Below the pieces are notes generated by a model, which was given only the letters and a program-made list of their open reading frames with translations, did no database searches and was not told where the DNA came from. This document shows positions 1 to 13,204 of a stretch of 64,000 nt of DNA, piece by piece. The translations under genes and the position numbers were made by a program. This DNA is from Hemiscyllium ocellatum (taxonomy: Eukaryota), in NCBI RefSeq assembly GCF_020745735.1, contig NC_083422.1, positions 34,100,001 through 34,164,000 of the forward strand, in the 5' to 3' direction. Position 1 is the first letter of the stretch; each line of letters begins with the position of its first letter.

Positions 1-320
1 TAGCTTGAGAGGCGTCATATTTTGGATGAGATGCTAAAAACAAAGTGCCATCTAGTTTCTTAGATGAATACAGAAGTCCCAGGGCTGTATTAAAGAAAAG
101 CAGAGGAGTTTCTCTGGTCAATATTTACACCTCAACCAACACCATGATCTGATCACTTTTCTCAATTCTGCTGATGGTACCTTGTGTGCAAATTGATTGC
201 ATGTTGGCCTATATCACAACAATGATTGCATCTCGAAATATGCGATTGGTTGTTGAGCAAAAAAGTGTTGTCTTGATATATTTTTAAATATTTTGAGGAG
301 ATGCAAAGTACAATATGCAT
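1..320 (+). mobile_element. Deu-domain SINE remnant (SacSINE1/AmnSINE1-like)
   Basis: Resembles the Deu core as I recall it (gagttt...ggtcaatatttacacctcaaccaacacc...tgtgtgcaaattgattgc). Confidence 0.6.
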
Positions 321-1151
321 GCAATTATTTTTCAATTGTCTTGCTTTAGAAAGCTGAATTGAGAAAATTAGAAATTAGAAAATGGATCATCAATATTTAC
401 AGAGGACCTACAGAAAAGCTTAAAAAGCACAAGTAAGAAAATACATAAAAGATAAGTTGATTAAGGATCTAGCCTCGCCACAGCAGTCTGAGCCAGGTTT
501 ATTGCTAAAATTCAAAACTCAGCATGTGAAGAAATAAATACTTTGAACTAATGTTCATGCATATTGTAATGATAGGGCTTGATTAATTTGTAAATAAGCC
601 TCTGAGGTAAGCAAAGAAGTAACTGGAAGTGTGATCTCAGTGGTCATGTGTCAGTCTGTTTGCTGTAAAGTTTGTTCCAAGAGCTACTCCAGGCAATAAT
701 GTCTTTATTGGCTGATGGCGTGTGTCCAAATATTAGCAGGGTGGACTTCCAAAAGCTCCTTAAACAGGCATTAATTTTCCATCTCTAATTGCTGTTCAGA
801 AGGTGGTGGTAGTGGTAAGCTCATACACAACAATCTTCATGTCTAATCAGCATGGTTTTTTTTCCCCCCGAAGTATATATTTTAATTAGTTTGAAATTTG
901 AATTCAATAATCTTGACAATACATTAAATTAACACAGGGAAAATTGGAAAAAAAAATGACAATTATACGTTATTTTCACTTTAAAGGTGAAGATGAATAG
1001 GAGAAATATTTACAGATTATAAAAGAAGACCAGAAGAGAATTGCTTAAAAATTAAAAACAAAGTCAATAAAACAGAGATGCAAGGCTAGACAATGTGTTG
1101 TACCTGCATGATGTGGGAGCTGGTGTGGACCCAATTGTGGTGCATAGCAAT

Positions 1152-1756
1152 TGTTATGGTCCAAACCAAACCCCCTCAACATATATTAAGATAATTTTAA
1201 AATAAGAAAAGAAAGGGGAAGTGTAAGGCATTGTGTTCTGGATGCAATTCAATTGGTCAAACTACCAGGCTTGAAACAAAACACACTTTATTATAACAAT
1301 ATAATTAAAATAGAGACAAATTAAAAACAAAAGGATTGACTTAACTGCAACTCTATCAAAAATGCTTAACAAAATAATACATATTAATGAGTACTAAGTA
1401 ACTGTTTCAATATAGTAACATCACATAAACAGACCTTTGGCAAAGGCAAATTCAGTGAAGTAGATTGTTTTATGTGCAATTCTAGCAGCAGGAAGAGAAC
1501 CCCAGCTTTTAGCTGCAATAGAGAGAGAAATAAGAGGATCCAGATCCGCTTAAAGACCCCAGGAGCTGCTACTGAAGGCTCAAACTAAAAAAAAAATCCT
1601 GTTTCTGTTGGAGCTTGACGCTATTCATGCAGACGGATTCTTTTGTTCCAATTTTTTAAAAATTGGCTTTGAATCAGACTGCTCGTCACCTGTCTTAACT
1701 TTCTTCATTTAAAAAAAGTGCCAAAATATACCTCTTAAAATCGCTGTATCATTACA
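1152..1756 (-). mobile_element. Solo LTR inserted in CR1 ORF1
   Basis: TGTTATG...CATTACA termini; minus-strand AATAAA near 1288; CR1 ORF1-like sequence on both sides; no clear TSD. Confidence 0.6.
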
Positions 1757-3270
1757 GCCTCCACATCTGTTGGTTGCTTGAGGAACTCTGCCTGAGAGGT
1801 GATGAGCTCAATTTTGAGTTTCAAACATGGTGACGCATTAGGGAGGAGGTAAGTTACCTAGATGCTGTATTTCATGGGTCAGTTAACATCCCTTAAATTA
1901 ACAACCTCAAATTTGATCAATGGTCAGGGACTGGTGGATGAGATGACCAGAGAGACAGGTAGAGTAGCTCAAGGAGGTGTAGAGGGGATGAGCAAACTGA
2001 CCACAGCATCATGGCATGGGAGCCATTTAACAGGAAGGGAAAACAGAGAAACTTAATTGTAATTGAGGATACTATAGTCAGGAGAATCAACACTATTCTC
2101 AGTGGTCTGGATGGAGAGTCCTAAAGGCTGTGTTGAGGATATCTCATCTGGATTGCAAAGGAACTCAAGAGTGTGAGGAAAGCGTTTCTGTTGAGGGACA
2201 ATGTGCAGCTAGAAGCTAAATTAAAATGCAGAACCAAAAAGGTAATATACCTTTTTAGCCTCAGATCTACCTAAGCCGCAAGCTAATTGGCACAAGGTCA
2301 ACAAGATTAATGCATGGTTTAAAGATTGGTGTGGGAGAAATGGGTTCAAATCCTTGGAACATTGTCATCAGTTCTGGGAAGGAGGAAGCTGCTGCAATGG
2401 GACGGGTTCTACCTCAATTATGCTGGGACCAGAGTACTGTGGTTCGTATGACTACAGCTGCAAAAAGGACTATAAACTAAATAATGCGGGGGGGGGGGGT
2501 GAGTGACTTCAGTTGCATGGAGAATTTGAAAGTAAAAAGTAAAGGAGAAGGTAGGATTCCAGGTTATTCTGGAGTTGATTATTACCAGAAAACAAAAGGA
2601 AGGGACAGAATGTGCGAATGTACCAAGGAACAACAGAAGTGTAGGAAGTGTAACAATAAAACAAACTTAAAGACATTGCCCTATTCCCCACGAAGCATGG
2701 GGAATAGGGCAATGAATAATGGCAAAAATCGAGGTAAACAATATAACCACATAGCTACAAGGAAATCAAAACCGGAACTTAACATTCAGGAATGTTTGAC
2801 CTTACAGATAGACAGATGAAAAAGGTGGTAGGATAGCACCTTTAACACAACTAAGAGCAGACAGTTGAGACAGGTGATCTAGGCTCAGATGATGTAGATT
2901 TGGGTGGACATAAAAGACAGCAAGGAAAAACGTGACATTGATAGGGGAGTAGTATACAAAGCCCCAAACACTTGCCACTCAGAAGGAAAGACTATAAATT
3001 AACAAAGAATAGGAACGTGTAAGAAGAATAGAAAAATAATTAGGGATGACTTTAATTTTCATGCTGATTGGGTTAACAAATTGAAGGTGGTAGCGAAGGT
3101 AACAACTTCATACAGTGAAACAGACATAGTTGCCAAGAGTAATATGTTATGGAGCCAATAAGAGAGCAGACTCTCTTGGATCTGTAATGAATAACGAACC
3201 AAGTTTAATAAATGACTTCCGACTAAAATCAGTGATAGCTCCGAAGACCGGGATAAATTCAGAACCTTTT

Positions 3271-3587
3271 TTTAGATTAGATTACTTACAGTGTGGAAAC
3301 AGACCCTTCGGCCCAACAAGTCCACACCAACCCTCCGAAGAGCAGACCCATTCCTCAACATTTACCCCTTCACCTAACACTACGGGCAATTTAGCATGGC
3401 CAATTCACCTAACCTACACATCTTTGGCCTGTGGGAGGAAACCAGAGCACCCGCAGACACACGCAGACCAAGCAGACATGGAGAGAATGTGCAAACTCCA
3501 CAGAGACAGTTGCTTGAGGCGGGAATTGAACCTGGGTCTCTGGTGCTATGAGGCAGCAGTGCTAACCACTGTGTCACCATGCCACCC
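3271..3587 (-). mobile_element. HE1/V-SINE-like tRNA-derived SINE
   Basis: A/B-box head, V-domain-like core (gtgtggagtttgcacattctc), CR1-like tail and (aatct)n end; a partial tail copy follows at ~3592-3655. Confidence 0.9.
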
Positions 3588-4892
3588 CTTTCTTACATAA
3601 AGTGTGGAAACAGGCCCTTCAGCCCAAGCACTCCACACCGACCCTCTGAAAAGTAAAGTAAAGCTAAAAAGATAATAAAGCTTTTGAGGGCAAACCAGCA
3701 AGGAATATAAAAATTGAAAATAAAAGCTTCTTTACATATATAAAAAGGATGAGAGAGAAATCAAAGTGAAGACAAGCCCCTTAAAAAATATAATCTGCGG
3801 AGATAGTTATGGCAAACAAAGAAATGGCACAGGAGTTAAACAGATACTTTGCATCAGTCTTTACAGTGGATACTTTGAATATTCCATTAATACTGAAGAG
3901 TACATGGGAGGAATTAATTACTGTCACTGTTAAAGAGGAAAATTAGACAAGCTAGTGGGTCTAAAGGTAGATATGTTCCCTGGCCCTGATGACTTCCATG
4001 CTAGGATTCTAAAAGATGTAGCTAGAGATATAGTGGATGCATTGATTGTAATTTTTCAAAAATCCTTGGATACTGGAGAAGCACCAGAAGACTGAAAACG
4101 TGCAAATGTAACACTCCTATTCAAAAAGGAAAAGGGGCAAAAAGATGGCCACTGTAGGCTGATTAGCCAAACATTTATTGTTGGAAAAGTAGTGGAATCG
4201 ATCATTATGGAACTAAAAGAACATTCGGAAAATCATAATCTAATCAAGCAAAGTCAGCATGGCTTCATGAAAAGGAAATCACGTTTGACCTAATTTATTA
4301 GTGTTTTTCAAGGAAGTCTCAACCAGAGTGGATAGAGGGAGATCAGTAGATGTGTGATATTTGACCTTCCAAAAGGCATTCGACAAGGTACCTGACAAAA
4401 GTTAAGTAAAAAGATGAAAGCCCATGAAAGGTAATATATTGGCACGGATGGAGAATTGGCTCATGGGCAGGAAACAATGAGTGGTGATGAGCAATTCTTT
4501 TTCAGGTTGGTAATCTGTGACCAGTTGGGTTCTACAGGAAATAGTGCTGGACCACAACTATTTACAGACTATATTAATGACTTGGAGGAAGGAAGTAAAT
4601 GCATTGTAGCCAAATTGTGCAGATGACACTAAAATAGGTGGCAAGGCAGGTGGTGAGGGGGATACAAATGGTTTACAGAGAAATATTGACAGGTTACTTA
4701 ATTTGGCAAAAAGATGACAAATGCAATATAATGTGAAAAATGTGAAGCTATACATTTTGGAAGGGAGAAGTAATGAGCAATGTTATTTAAATGGAGAAAA
4801 ACTGTAGGTAGTTGCAACACAAAGGGACCTGGGGTACTTGTGAACAAAAAACAAAGTTCACACAGGTGCAGAGATAATCAGAAAGGTTAATG

Positions 4893-5171
4893 GATTAGAT
4901 TAGATTCCCTACAGTGTGGATACAGGCCCTTCGGCCCAACCAATCCACACCACCCCCAAAGAGTAACCCACCCAGTCCTATTTCCCTCTGACTAATGCAC
5001 CTAACACTATGGGCAATTTAGCATGGCCAATTCGCCTGCACATCTTTGGACTGCAGGAAACCCATGCAGACACAGGGAGAATGTGCAAACTCCACACAGT
5101 CAGTCACCCGAGGCTAGAATTGAACCTGGGACCCTGGTGCTGGGAGGCAGCGGTGCTAACTGCTGAGCCAA
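4893..5171 (-). mobile_element. HE1/V-SINE-like SINE
   Basis: Same family as 3271-3587, with an internal deletion. Confidence 0.9.
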
Positions 5172-5525
5172 GTGGGTTGACTAAGAGAAGGAGGTCTGAC
5201 TGCAAATGTACAAAGTGTGGTGAGACCACACCTGGAGAACTGTGAACAGTTCTGGGGTCCCTTCATTTCAGTAAATATATCATTTAATTGGAAGCAGTTC
5301 AGAGAAGATTCACTGGATGATCACTGGCATGAGGGAGTGTCTTATGAGCAAAGACTAAGCAGGTTGGGACTCTACCCACTGAAATTTAGAAGAATAAGGG
5401 ATCTCACTGAAATATATAGGTTTCTTAAGGGTAAATGTTGAGAGATGCTTCCCCTCATGGGAAAGTCTAAGACGAGAGGGCATAGTCTCAGAATAAAGGG
5501 GTGCCAATTTAAGACTGCGATAAGG

Positions 5526-8319
5526 ACAGTTCAGGAAATACAAAAGGAAGCTAGGCAACTTCAGAGTGGGAAGGCGCCTGGCTCTGATGGTCTCCCGGGT
5601 GAGTTTTATAAGGAGTTTATAGGAATTCTGTCAGGGCCGATGTTGGAGATGTACAATCACTCCCATACGCATGAATACCTACCACCATCTTTGAGAGAAG
5701 CTAATATTTCCTTAATTCTTAAGAAGGGAAGGTTCCTGAGGTTTGTGCCCCATAAAGGCCCATTTCTCTATTAAATTCAGATTTCAAGATTCTGTCTAAG
5801 ATCCTAGCGCTGAGATTGGAAAGGGTGTTGCCCACATTATTAAAGAGGTCCAGACAGGCTTTATAAGGGGCCACAGGTCCTCTAATAATATTAGAAGGTT
5901 GCTGAATATAGTCCAAGTTTGTCAGCAACGATCGATTCAGGTGTTGGTGATTTCCTTAGATGCAGAGAAAGCATTTGACTGGGTAGAATGGCCGTATCTT
6001 TTTTATGTCTTAGAACAGTTTGGGTTGTGTGAAGTCTTTGCTAGGTGGGTGGATGTTTTATATCACCACTCTCTGGCCGCGGTCATCATCAACGGGGTGA
6101 AGTCTGGGAATTTTAGGATTGGTAGGGGTCGTTGGTAGGGGTCGTCGGCAAGGCTGCCCCCTCTCACCGTTGTTGTTTACGTTGGTGATAGAGCCGCTGG
6201 TCGAGGCCATTCGTTAGAACGTCCACATAACCGCTCCGGAAGTGGGATCGAGGGCACACAAGATTCCACAGTATGCGGCTGACGTCCTTCTGTTTTTATC
6301 GATCCCAATGACCTCTGTACCCCATTAGATACAATGTATCAATTCATTTGGGGCTATTTCAGGATATAAGATTAACTTTGCAAAATCAGAGGCTATGCCT
6401 TTGGGGAACCATAAGGATGTGCCAGAAGTTGAAGGTGGCCCTACATTCCCTTTTAAGTGGTCACAGGCAGGGTTCCGATATCTCAGCATTTTTATTACCT
6501 CCAAGTTTGATCTGTTATTTCGGACTAACTTTGCTCACTTGCTTGACAATATTAGGAGAGATCTCCAGAGATGGGAGGCTCTTCCAATTTCATGGCTAAG
6601 CCAAATATCTCTTAATAAGATGAATGTTCTTCCCCGTTTGCTTTATCCCTATAATGTTTCCCAGGTCAATGCTGCGGAAGCTTATGGGGTGGTTTAGTTC
6701 CTTTGGCTTTGTGGGTGGCCCCTCACCAAACTTACTAAATTGCAGTTGTCTCAAGGAGGGGAGAGGAGTTGATTTCCCAGACATCAGGAGGTATCAACTG
6801 AGTTCCCTGCTGTCCTTTGTGATTGGGTAGGTAACGATCCAAACTCAATATGGTTCGATATTGAGGCCTCCCAAGCAAAGTGCCCTCTTATTAACCTGTT
6901 GTTCATGGATAAGATGAGAGCAGTTGTGGACCACTGCCAGAACCCCATTGTCATTAGTACAGTCAAGGCATGGAGGGCGATGCGTCAGAGTGAGGGTTGT
7001 TTATCCATGACTTCACCACTTATACCTATAGATGGCATGCCAGGGTTCCGACCAGGGATGATGGACTCAGGGTTCAAACTATGAGCAGCGAGAGGAGTTT
7101 CTAGTTTGGGAGACTTGTTCGAGGGGGAGATTATGATGTCTTTTGAGCAACTGAGCCGCAAATACGGGTTGCCCAGCAGAGATCTTTTCCGTTTTTTTCA
7201 GGTTAGGGATTTCATCCAGAAGAAGACTACACTTCTCACTAAGCCCTATAAGCCCGATACAGAGAGGCTCTTGCTACGTTCCACAAGCACCCTTTTGGTC
7301 AGTGCCCTCTGCTGGGTGGCAGGGCCTGGCAGGATATTAACCAGGTATGAGAGGTCTGGGAGCAAGAGCTAGGAGTGGAGATCTCTTCTGAAACATGGGA
7401 GAACATATGGGAGAATACTTGAAAGATCTTAATCTATAATAGGACATGTGCTACTCAGTTAGAAGTTCTGCATAGGGCTCATCTGGCACCAGACCATCTG
7501 GCAAAGTTTAAAAAAGGAGCTTCTTCAGTGTGCTCCAAATGTAAAATAAGCATAGGTACTCTTATCCATTGCTTCTGGACATGCCACAGGCTTCGTGTTT
7601 ATTGGAGCACTGTGCTGGGAGAGATAGGGAGGGTATTGAGGACTGAAGTCAAAGTAGACCCGATATCTCTCCTCTTAGGTCTACCGAATTTACCATCTTT
7701 AGATGGGCATGGGAAGAAACTATTTAATATTCTTACATACTGTGCACGGAAGAATATTCTGATGAATTGGGTGTCTGAGAACCTCCCGGGTTTGCTGGAA
7801 TGGCAGAAATTAATTATGGAGCACATTCCCTTGGCTTTTTATTTTTACAAACATGGTGCACCACACAACAGACCATTTTTATAATTCATGGCAGCCCTAC
7901 TTGAGTTATTTGGATATACATTTGTCAGTTATCTTAACTAGTGTGTTTGTTTAACCAGGATGGTTAGATTTGTCAAGCCCTGGACCCTGGAAGGGCTCTC
8001 CTGAGTTAATATGGGTATATATACAATGTATACATACACAATGCTCCCGTTCCTTTGTTTGGGTGCTTTGCGCAGAGCATAGCTGTTCTGTATTTTGTGG
8101 TTTTTATTTTTTTTTGCTTTTTTTGGTGTTGCTTTGCACAGTGTTAAGGTTTGTTTTGTATTACAGGGTAGGTTAGTAGTTGGTAGACAGTAGTTATATT
8201 GTAATTTGTGTTTTTTTTCTTTTTATTATACTGATATTTGTTATTGATTGTATTTTTCAGTAATTTTATATGTTTTTAAAAGTTAAAAAAATTTGCAAAT
8301 AAACATATTTACAAAACAA
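5526..8319 (+). mobile_element. 5'-truncated L1-clade LINE (ORF2 RT plus C-terminal Cys/His motif, frameshifted)
   Basis: [63 protein letters not shown]; T-rich 3'UTR; AATAAA at 8298 plus A-rich tail; flanking TSD actg(c/g)gataagg. Confidence 0.92.
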
Positions 8320-8599
8320 ATAACTGGGATAAGGAGGAATTTCTTCTCAGAGTGAGTGTGTTTGGAACTCCTTGCCATAGAGAGCTGGAAGAGCAGAATC
8401 CTTGCACATACTTAATACTGAGATAGATAGATTTGTGATCACAGGGGAAACGAGGGCTATGGGGAACGAGCAGAAAAGTGGACATGAGCAATGCTGATCG
8501 GCCATGATCCTAGTGAATGGCAGAGCAGGCTCAAGGGACTGAATGGCTTACTCCTGTTCCTATTTCTTATGGAGTTATGTTCCATGATGTTCAGATTTA

Positions 8600-8990
8600 A
8601 ATCAACAAATACTATGGAAGACCAGTGTTATAGCCAATGAAGTAATTTTTGAGAATGATATCATTGCTATAAGTTAAGAAACGTAGTAATCGAAATGCAT
8701 AAACCACAGTGCATGAACAACCAGATAATTTAGTTTTATTAACTTTGGATGATGGCTAAATGTTGACCAGGACAAAGGAGTGAACTCCATAATTGTTCAA
8801 AACAGTGCTTAGAATTTTCTTACATCCACTAGAATTAACTGACGAAGCTGTGATTTAATGTTACATTTGAAGGAACTCACTAATGCCAGAACAGTATTCT
8901 GTCAAGTATCAGTTTAGATTTTTGCGCTCAAGTCTCTGGAGTGTATCTTGAACTCTCAACTTTCTAACTCAGAAGCAAAAGCAACATGAG
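8600..8990 (-). mobile_element. Deu-domain SINE remnant
   Basis: Reverse-complement similarity to the element at 1-320 (agccaatgaagtaatttt...aatgttgaccaggaca...gaactcc). Confidence 0.55.
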
Positions 8991-11722
8991 TGATTCACAA
9001 TTAACATTTGGGTCAAACAAGAGGAGATCACTGATATGAGAATATACATATTCTTTATTATTTTTGAATACATATATTCAAATTGTGCTAACTCCCAAAA
9101 TAGTGACAACTCTTACTCTGAACATTGACTTGCTGATTGAGAAATTAAACAGCTCAAACCTTTCATTCTGGCCTCATCATATCTAATGTTTGATTTCCAT
9201 TTTTGTTGAATGGAGAAGTGCAGTGAGAAGACTGGAGCTGTGACCAATTTTTGTAGACAGGTCTTCTGTATGATGTTTTTTAAACCAATAGACAATAATT
9301 ATGGATACCTGACTGGTGCTGAACATCCCTTGGAAGTGAAATTCCAAGGTCCTCAGCTAGGAAATACCAGTGGAAACTACTCCACTATCTCACCATCGAA
9401 CTCTGATTACACTATGATATGGTTGAAAGCATTAGGCATGCATGTATATTATAAAAAATAAACTTAGACTAATAGCAGCATTGCTGAGAAAATATGTAAT
9501 GCAACATGCAAAGTCTGTTGTAACGCTAAGAAAGAACAGAAATGTATTAAAAATCATGGGTAAATGAAACAATCTTAATATCCTATAGACAATTGATCTG
9601 TCAAACTAAACATACAATTCTGAAGGTCAGACAATAAAAAGATAAAGTTAAAAAGATATAACATATTTTAATTAGCTCATTTGCAAGTTTGCTTTTGCAC
9701 ATTTGTTGTATCCACAGATTCTTCATTGTTTAAGGAAGGTTCAAAGTGCAATGGGAAAGTACTACTTCAATTACAACAATCCAGGAACATCAGTACATGG
9801 GCTAGGATTCTGTAGCTCATTAATGTGACCTGGTAAAGAAGTAGAGCTTATAATAAATAGGAGTAGGAATGCGCAATTTGGCCATTGAGTATGCAACCCC
9901 ATTCAATAAGCTAATGCCTGATCTGATTGTTGCTTGAACTCTACTTTCTTATGTGGTACCCATTAGCCTCGAGTTCATTGTAGATCAAAAATCTGGTTAC
10001 TAATTCAGCCTTGAATATATTCAATCACCCACTTCCTCTTGCTCTCCAGGGAAAAAAAACAAAGACTAGCAACTCTGGAGAGAAAAAAAAATTCTCACTT
10101 TTGTTTTAACTTGGAGACACATTATTTTAAAACTGCATCTACATGCCTCACAAATGTGAAACTAAATAAGTGCAAGGCATACATCAAGTTTGAAAATGAA
10201 GTCATGGTTTCCTGTTGTCCAAGTGAAAACAGAAGATCCTGATAATATTGGAGAGAGACCACAGACTGAGTGTTGCCACATGGCCCAAGATTAATTGAAA
10301 AGCAACAACTATACTGTGCCTACAAAGTCACCGTCCTGTTTTAATAAATATTACTTAAGTAATGTTTCCCGAGTTACTGAACCAGACTATCTCCAGTTTC
10401 CTTATTGGTTAAGTCTTAAATTAACAATCAAATATTGTGATCAGAGTTCAAAATTGTAACTCAAATATCAATGATCCTTGATCTATTGAGGAATGGGTGG
10501 GAAAGAGGAGGGAGAAGAAAATATGAGGAGCATAGGAGTTGTGGGATAAAGAGGAAGGAGTCTCCCATGATCACGGTGTGCTGAGCACAGTGACAACACA
10601 CAGCATGTATCCAGGTCCTGTGCCAAGTCTGACAGAGAGAACAGCCAAATTTAAGAGATTGGGATTAGGTATAGAGCAGAAGTGGGAACAAACAGCTCTC
10701 CCTGACAGAATAAACCCCAGTCCACACTCCTACAATATCTGTGTGCATAATCCTGTACCTGAACTATGATTGCCCCCAGAACGATATGGCCCACCCTGTT
10801 AACAAATAATTTAGTTGTTGCTTAACACAATATCACTAGAAATGAGAGCCATCAAATTAGTGTGTTCCTCTTCCCTAGGACCCAGCTTGAGCAGCATGGA
10901 TGGCAGCTGGATTCGACCTGGTGCGAGGCTAAGTGATGACTTTTTTTCATTTTCTGATTCTTCTTCTTCTTCTGCAGACGTTGAACAATTGGTAAAGGCA
11001 CAGCTTAAAGTCTCCTGCATGATGGCAACCAAACTAACCAGAACAACTGCTCCAACTACTTCAAACACAAGTTCCAATCCCCAGCCCTTGTTGCTACTCT
11101 AAAAATAGATCATTTCACTTTTGAAGCAACAAGAATAAAAGGGAGGGAACATGTGATTGGAGAAGCTGGTACAGCAAGGAAGGGAGACACAAAATCGAAG
11201 ACTGAAAAAGCAGCTCTCTCTCTTTCCTATGCTCGCTGCTCCCCAGTTCAACTTGGCAACATTTCTAAATCTCACTGGCAGCATTGTTGTGAATTTTTAA
11301 AATCCTTGTACTGTCTCTCAAAGGTCAAAACACATTAAGAAAGGTGAATTTCAGAGATGCCGATGTCAAAAATCCATCAAACAACAGAAACATCTTATCC
11401 CAGCATAATATAGCCACACACAATTCAAATGCTATGTAGTTATTAGATTCTTACTGAATACTAAATAGTTTTGGCCTTTCTGACATTCTCATGATGAATG
11501 TGTAGTAAAAGCTATCAAGACATTAAAAAAAAGAGGAGCACATTAAGCATGATTATCAATGTGTCAACTCACACGTTCCTTCGCAACAATCTATACTGAA
11601 TTTTATTTCAGTTAAAAAAGAGAGAATTGAAAGCAATGCTGTGGGCAAGATTTCAGTGTTCCTTCTAGAAGTGCAGAAACATGTTATATTTAGCGCATTT
11701 GAAATCTCCATTCACAGCTCAC

Positions 11723-11929
11723 CATGTCCATAGCTAGTCGAGGTAGATACATTCTTTTTTGATCCTCAGTCCCACATTTCCTCAATAACGTGTTGATGAG
11801 GGTGTTCTGTATGTCGCATACAACTGCAACTGATGGGTCCACTTTGGCCAACTCTTCTATGACAAGGATAGAGGAAAAGAAGCTTGATTCTGGTCCACCA
11901 TACTGTTCTTCAATCTCAATTCCCATCAA
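11723..11929 (-). CDS. ACADSB: ACADSB coding exon 4 ([12 protein letters not shown]...[23 protein letters not shown]...YLPRLAMDM)
   Basis: Acyl-CoA dehydrogenase N-terminal domain motifs within ORF 11690..11965; ttcatttccag| acceptor, ATG|gtgagc donor; 207 nt. Confidence 0.96.
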
Positions 11930-12489
11930 CTGGAAATGAAAGAGAATTAAAAGTGAGGAACACACAAAAATAAATAGAGAATGGGCATGCTGTAAAGTTG
12001 ACTTGTAACTATTAAGAATATTCTAATATGTAATCTGGAAATATGCACTAGGATAACTAAGTGTATGCCGTGGTGAGAGAGGATATTTAGTTCAAGAGGT
12101 TGGATGGCTGGTTTGTGAAGCCACCAGCACAGTTCAATCTCCACACTGGCTCAGGCCACCATGAAGGTTCCATCTTCTCAACAGCAACTTTTGCCAGAGG
12201 AATGACAACCCTCAGCTTAAACTCATCGCCAATCATGTCCCTCTCTACGTGCTGAGTGCAACACAAAAACATTCTTTTTGAGCAATACTGAAGACACTTA
12301 AATATTTGAAAAGTAAATGCCTGAAGTGTTAAGTCAAATAAAAGCAGTGTCTGTTATTTCAGTCTGTCAATTGATATTGTCTGCATGACTGATTTCACAT
12401 TTCATTACCAGTGTTGTGTTAGTCACTTCATACTTCAACTGAAACAGCTAACTGCTTTGACACAGTCACAGTTACATATTCACAATTAC

Positions 12490-12750
12490 AATATCCCAGA
12501 CACAATTATCACTATCCTTGTGCGTGACCTCCCTTCCCAGCCCCTCCCCCTTCCTTCCACCAACCAGATTTGTTCCTTTCATTGACCAACCAGGTCATAT
12601 CCTCTACCTTGGCCATCCTATCCCTGCTATTTCCTTTATCTGTAGCTCCTCCTACACCCAACCCCAGTCCAGAAGAAGGGTTACACCCAAACACCAACTT
12701 CTGATGCTGCCTGGCTTGCTGTGTTCTTCTAGCCTCCTGTCTGTCTACAA
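12490..12750 (+). mobile_element. Penelope-like element 3'/terminal fragment
   Basis: C-rich tract, then decayed hammerhead-like ccagaagaagggttacacccaaac and gatgctgcctggcttgctgtgttcttctagc, related to the other terminal repeats here. Confidence 0.5.
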
Positions 12751-13204
12751 TGGTGACAGCACAGCAGAATACTCAAGGTGTGACCCTCAGTGTTCTCAAT
12801 ATTTACTCTGATCCACCCCTCCCTTTGATTGCAGGGAGGTTAACCCAGAAGGAAGACAAAGTTTCATTTTGGAAACAAGGGCACAGAGTGGATATGAAGC
12901 AATTAAACCAGTTTGATGAACGGAGGGCTGAAGGGCAGAGTCAGAAACTGGAAAGCACAGTCTTGCTGTGGCAAAGTCCCAAAGCATCTGTACAGCGTTT
13001 GCAGCTTCATTTATCTACTTTCCTGATCTACACCATAAAAATGCTGGAGGTCATCAGGCGCTTGTATTAGCCTGTTACCGCATGGATAATGTAAATTGCA
13101 GGGTCCACAATCTGTTTCAAACTGCAATTTCATTTACACTAATGAGAGTTTCACCAACTGATTTCCCTGATTTATATACTAAATGAGCTTTTCTTGTGGA
13201 ATTA

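Larger units (their letters stand above)
1085..8580 (+). mobile_element. Degenerate near full-length CR1 LINE, interrupted by nested insertions
   Basis: ORF1 remnants (CMMWEL.., esterase-like IVI.D.IVR at ~2056), endonuclease remnants, RT remnants (PGPD, NVT.LFKK, SQHGFMK, FQKAFDKVP, ADDTKIGG) at 3960-4700; CR1 3' tail resumes at 8323-8580. Confidence 0.88.

Noticed and set aside
3130-3600. Recurrent peptides such as GNLAWPIH / MCKLHTDS / AAVLTT in several ORFs
   Set aside because: Translations of HE1-like SINE copies, not a protein family
1-11700. ACADSB exon 5 (VGSFCLSE...)
   Set aside because: Not found by eye; presumed to lie left of the window
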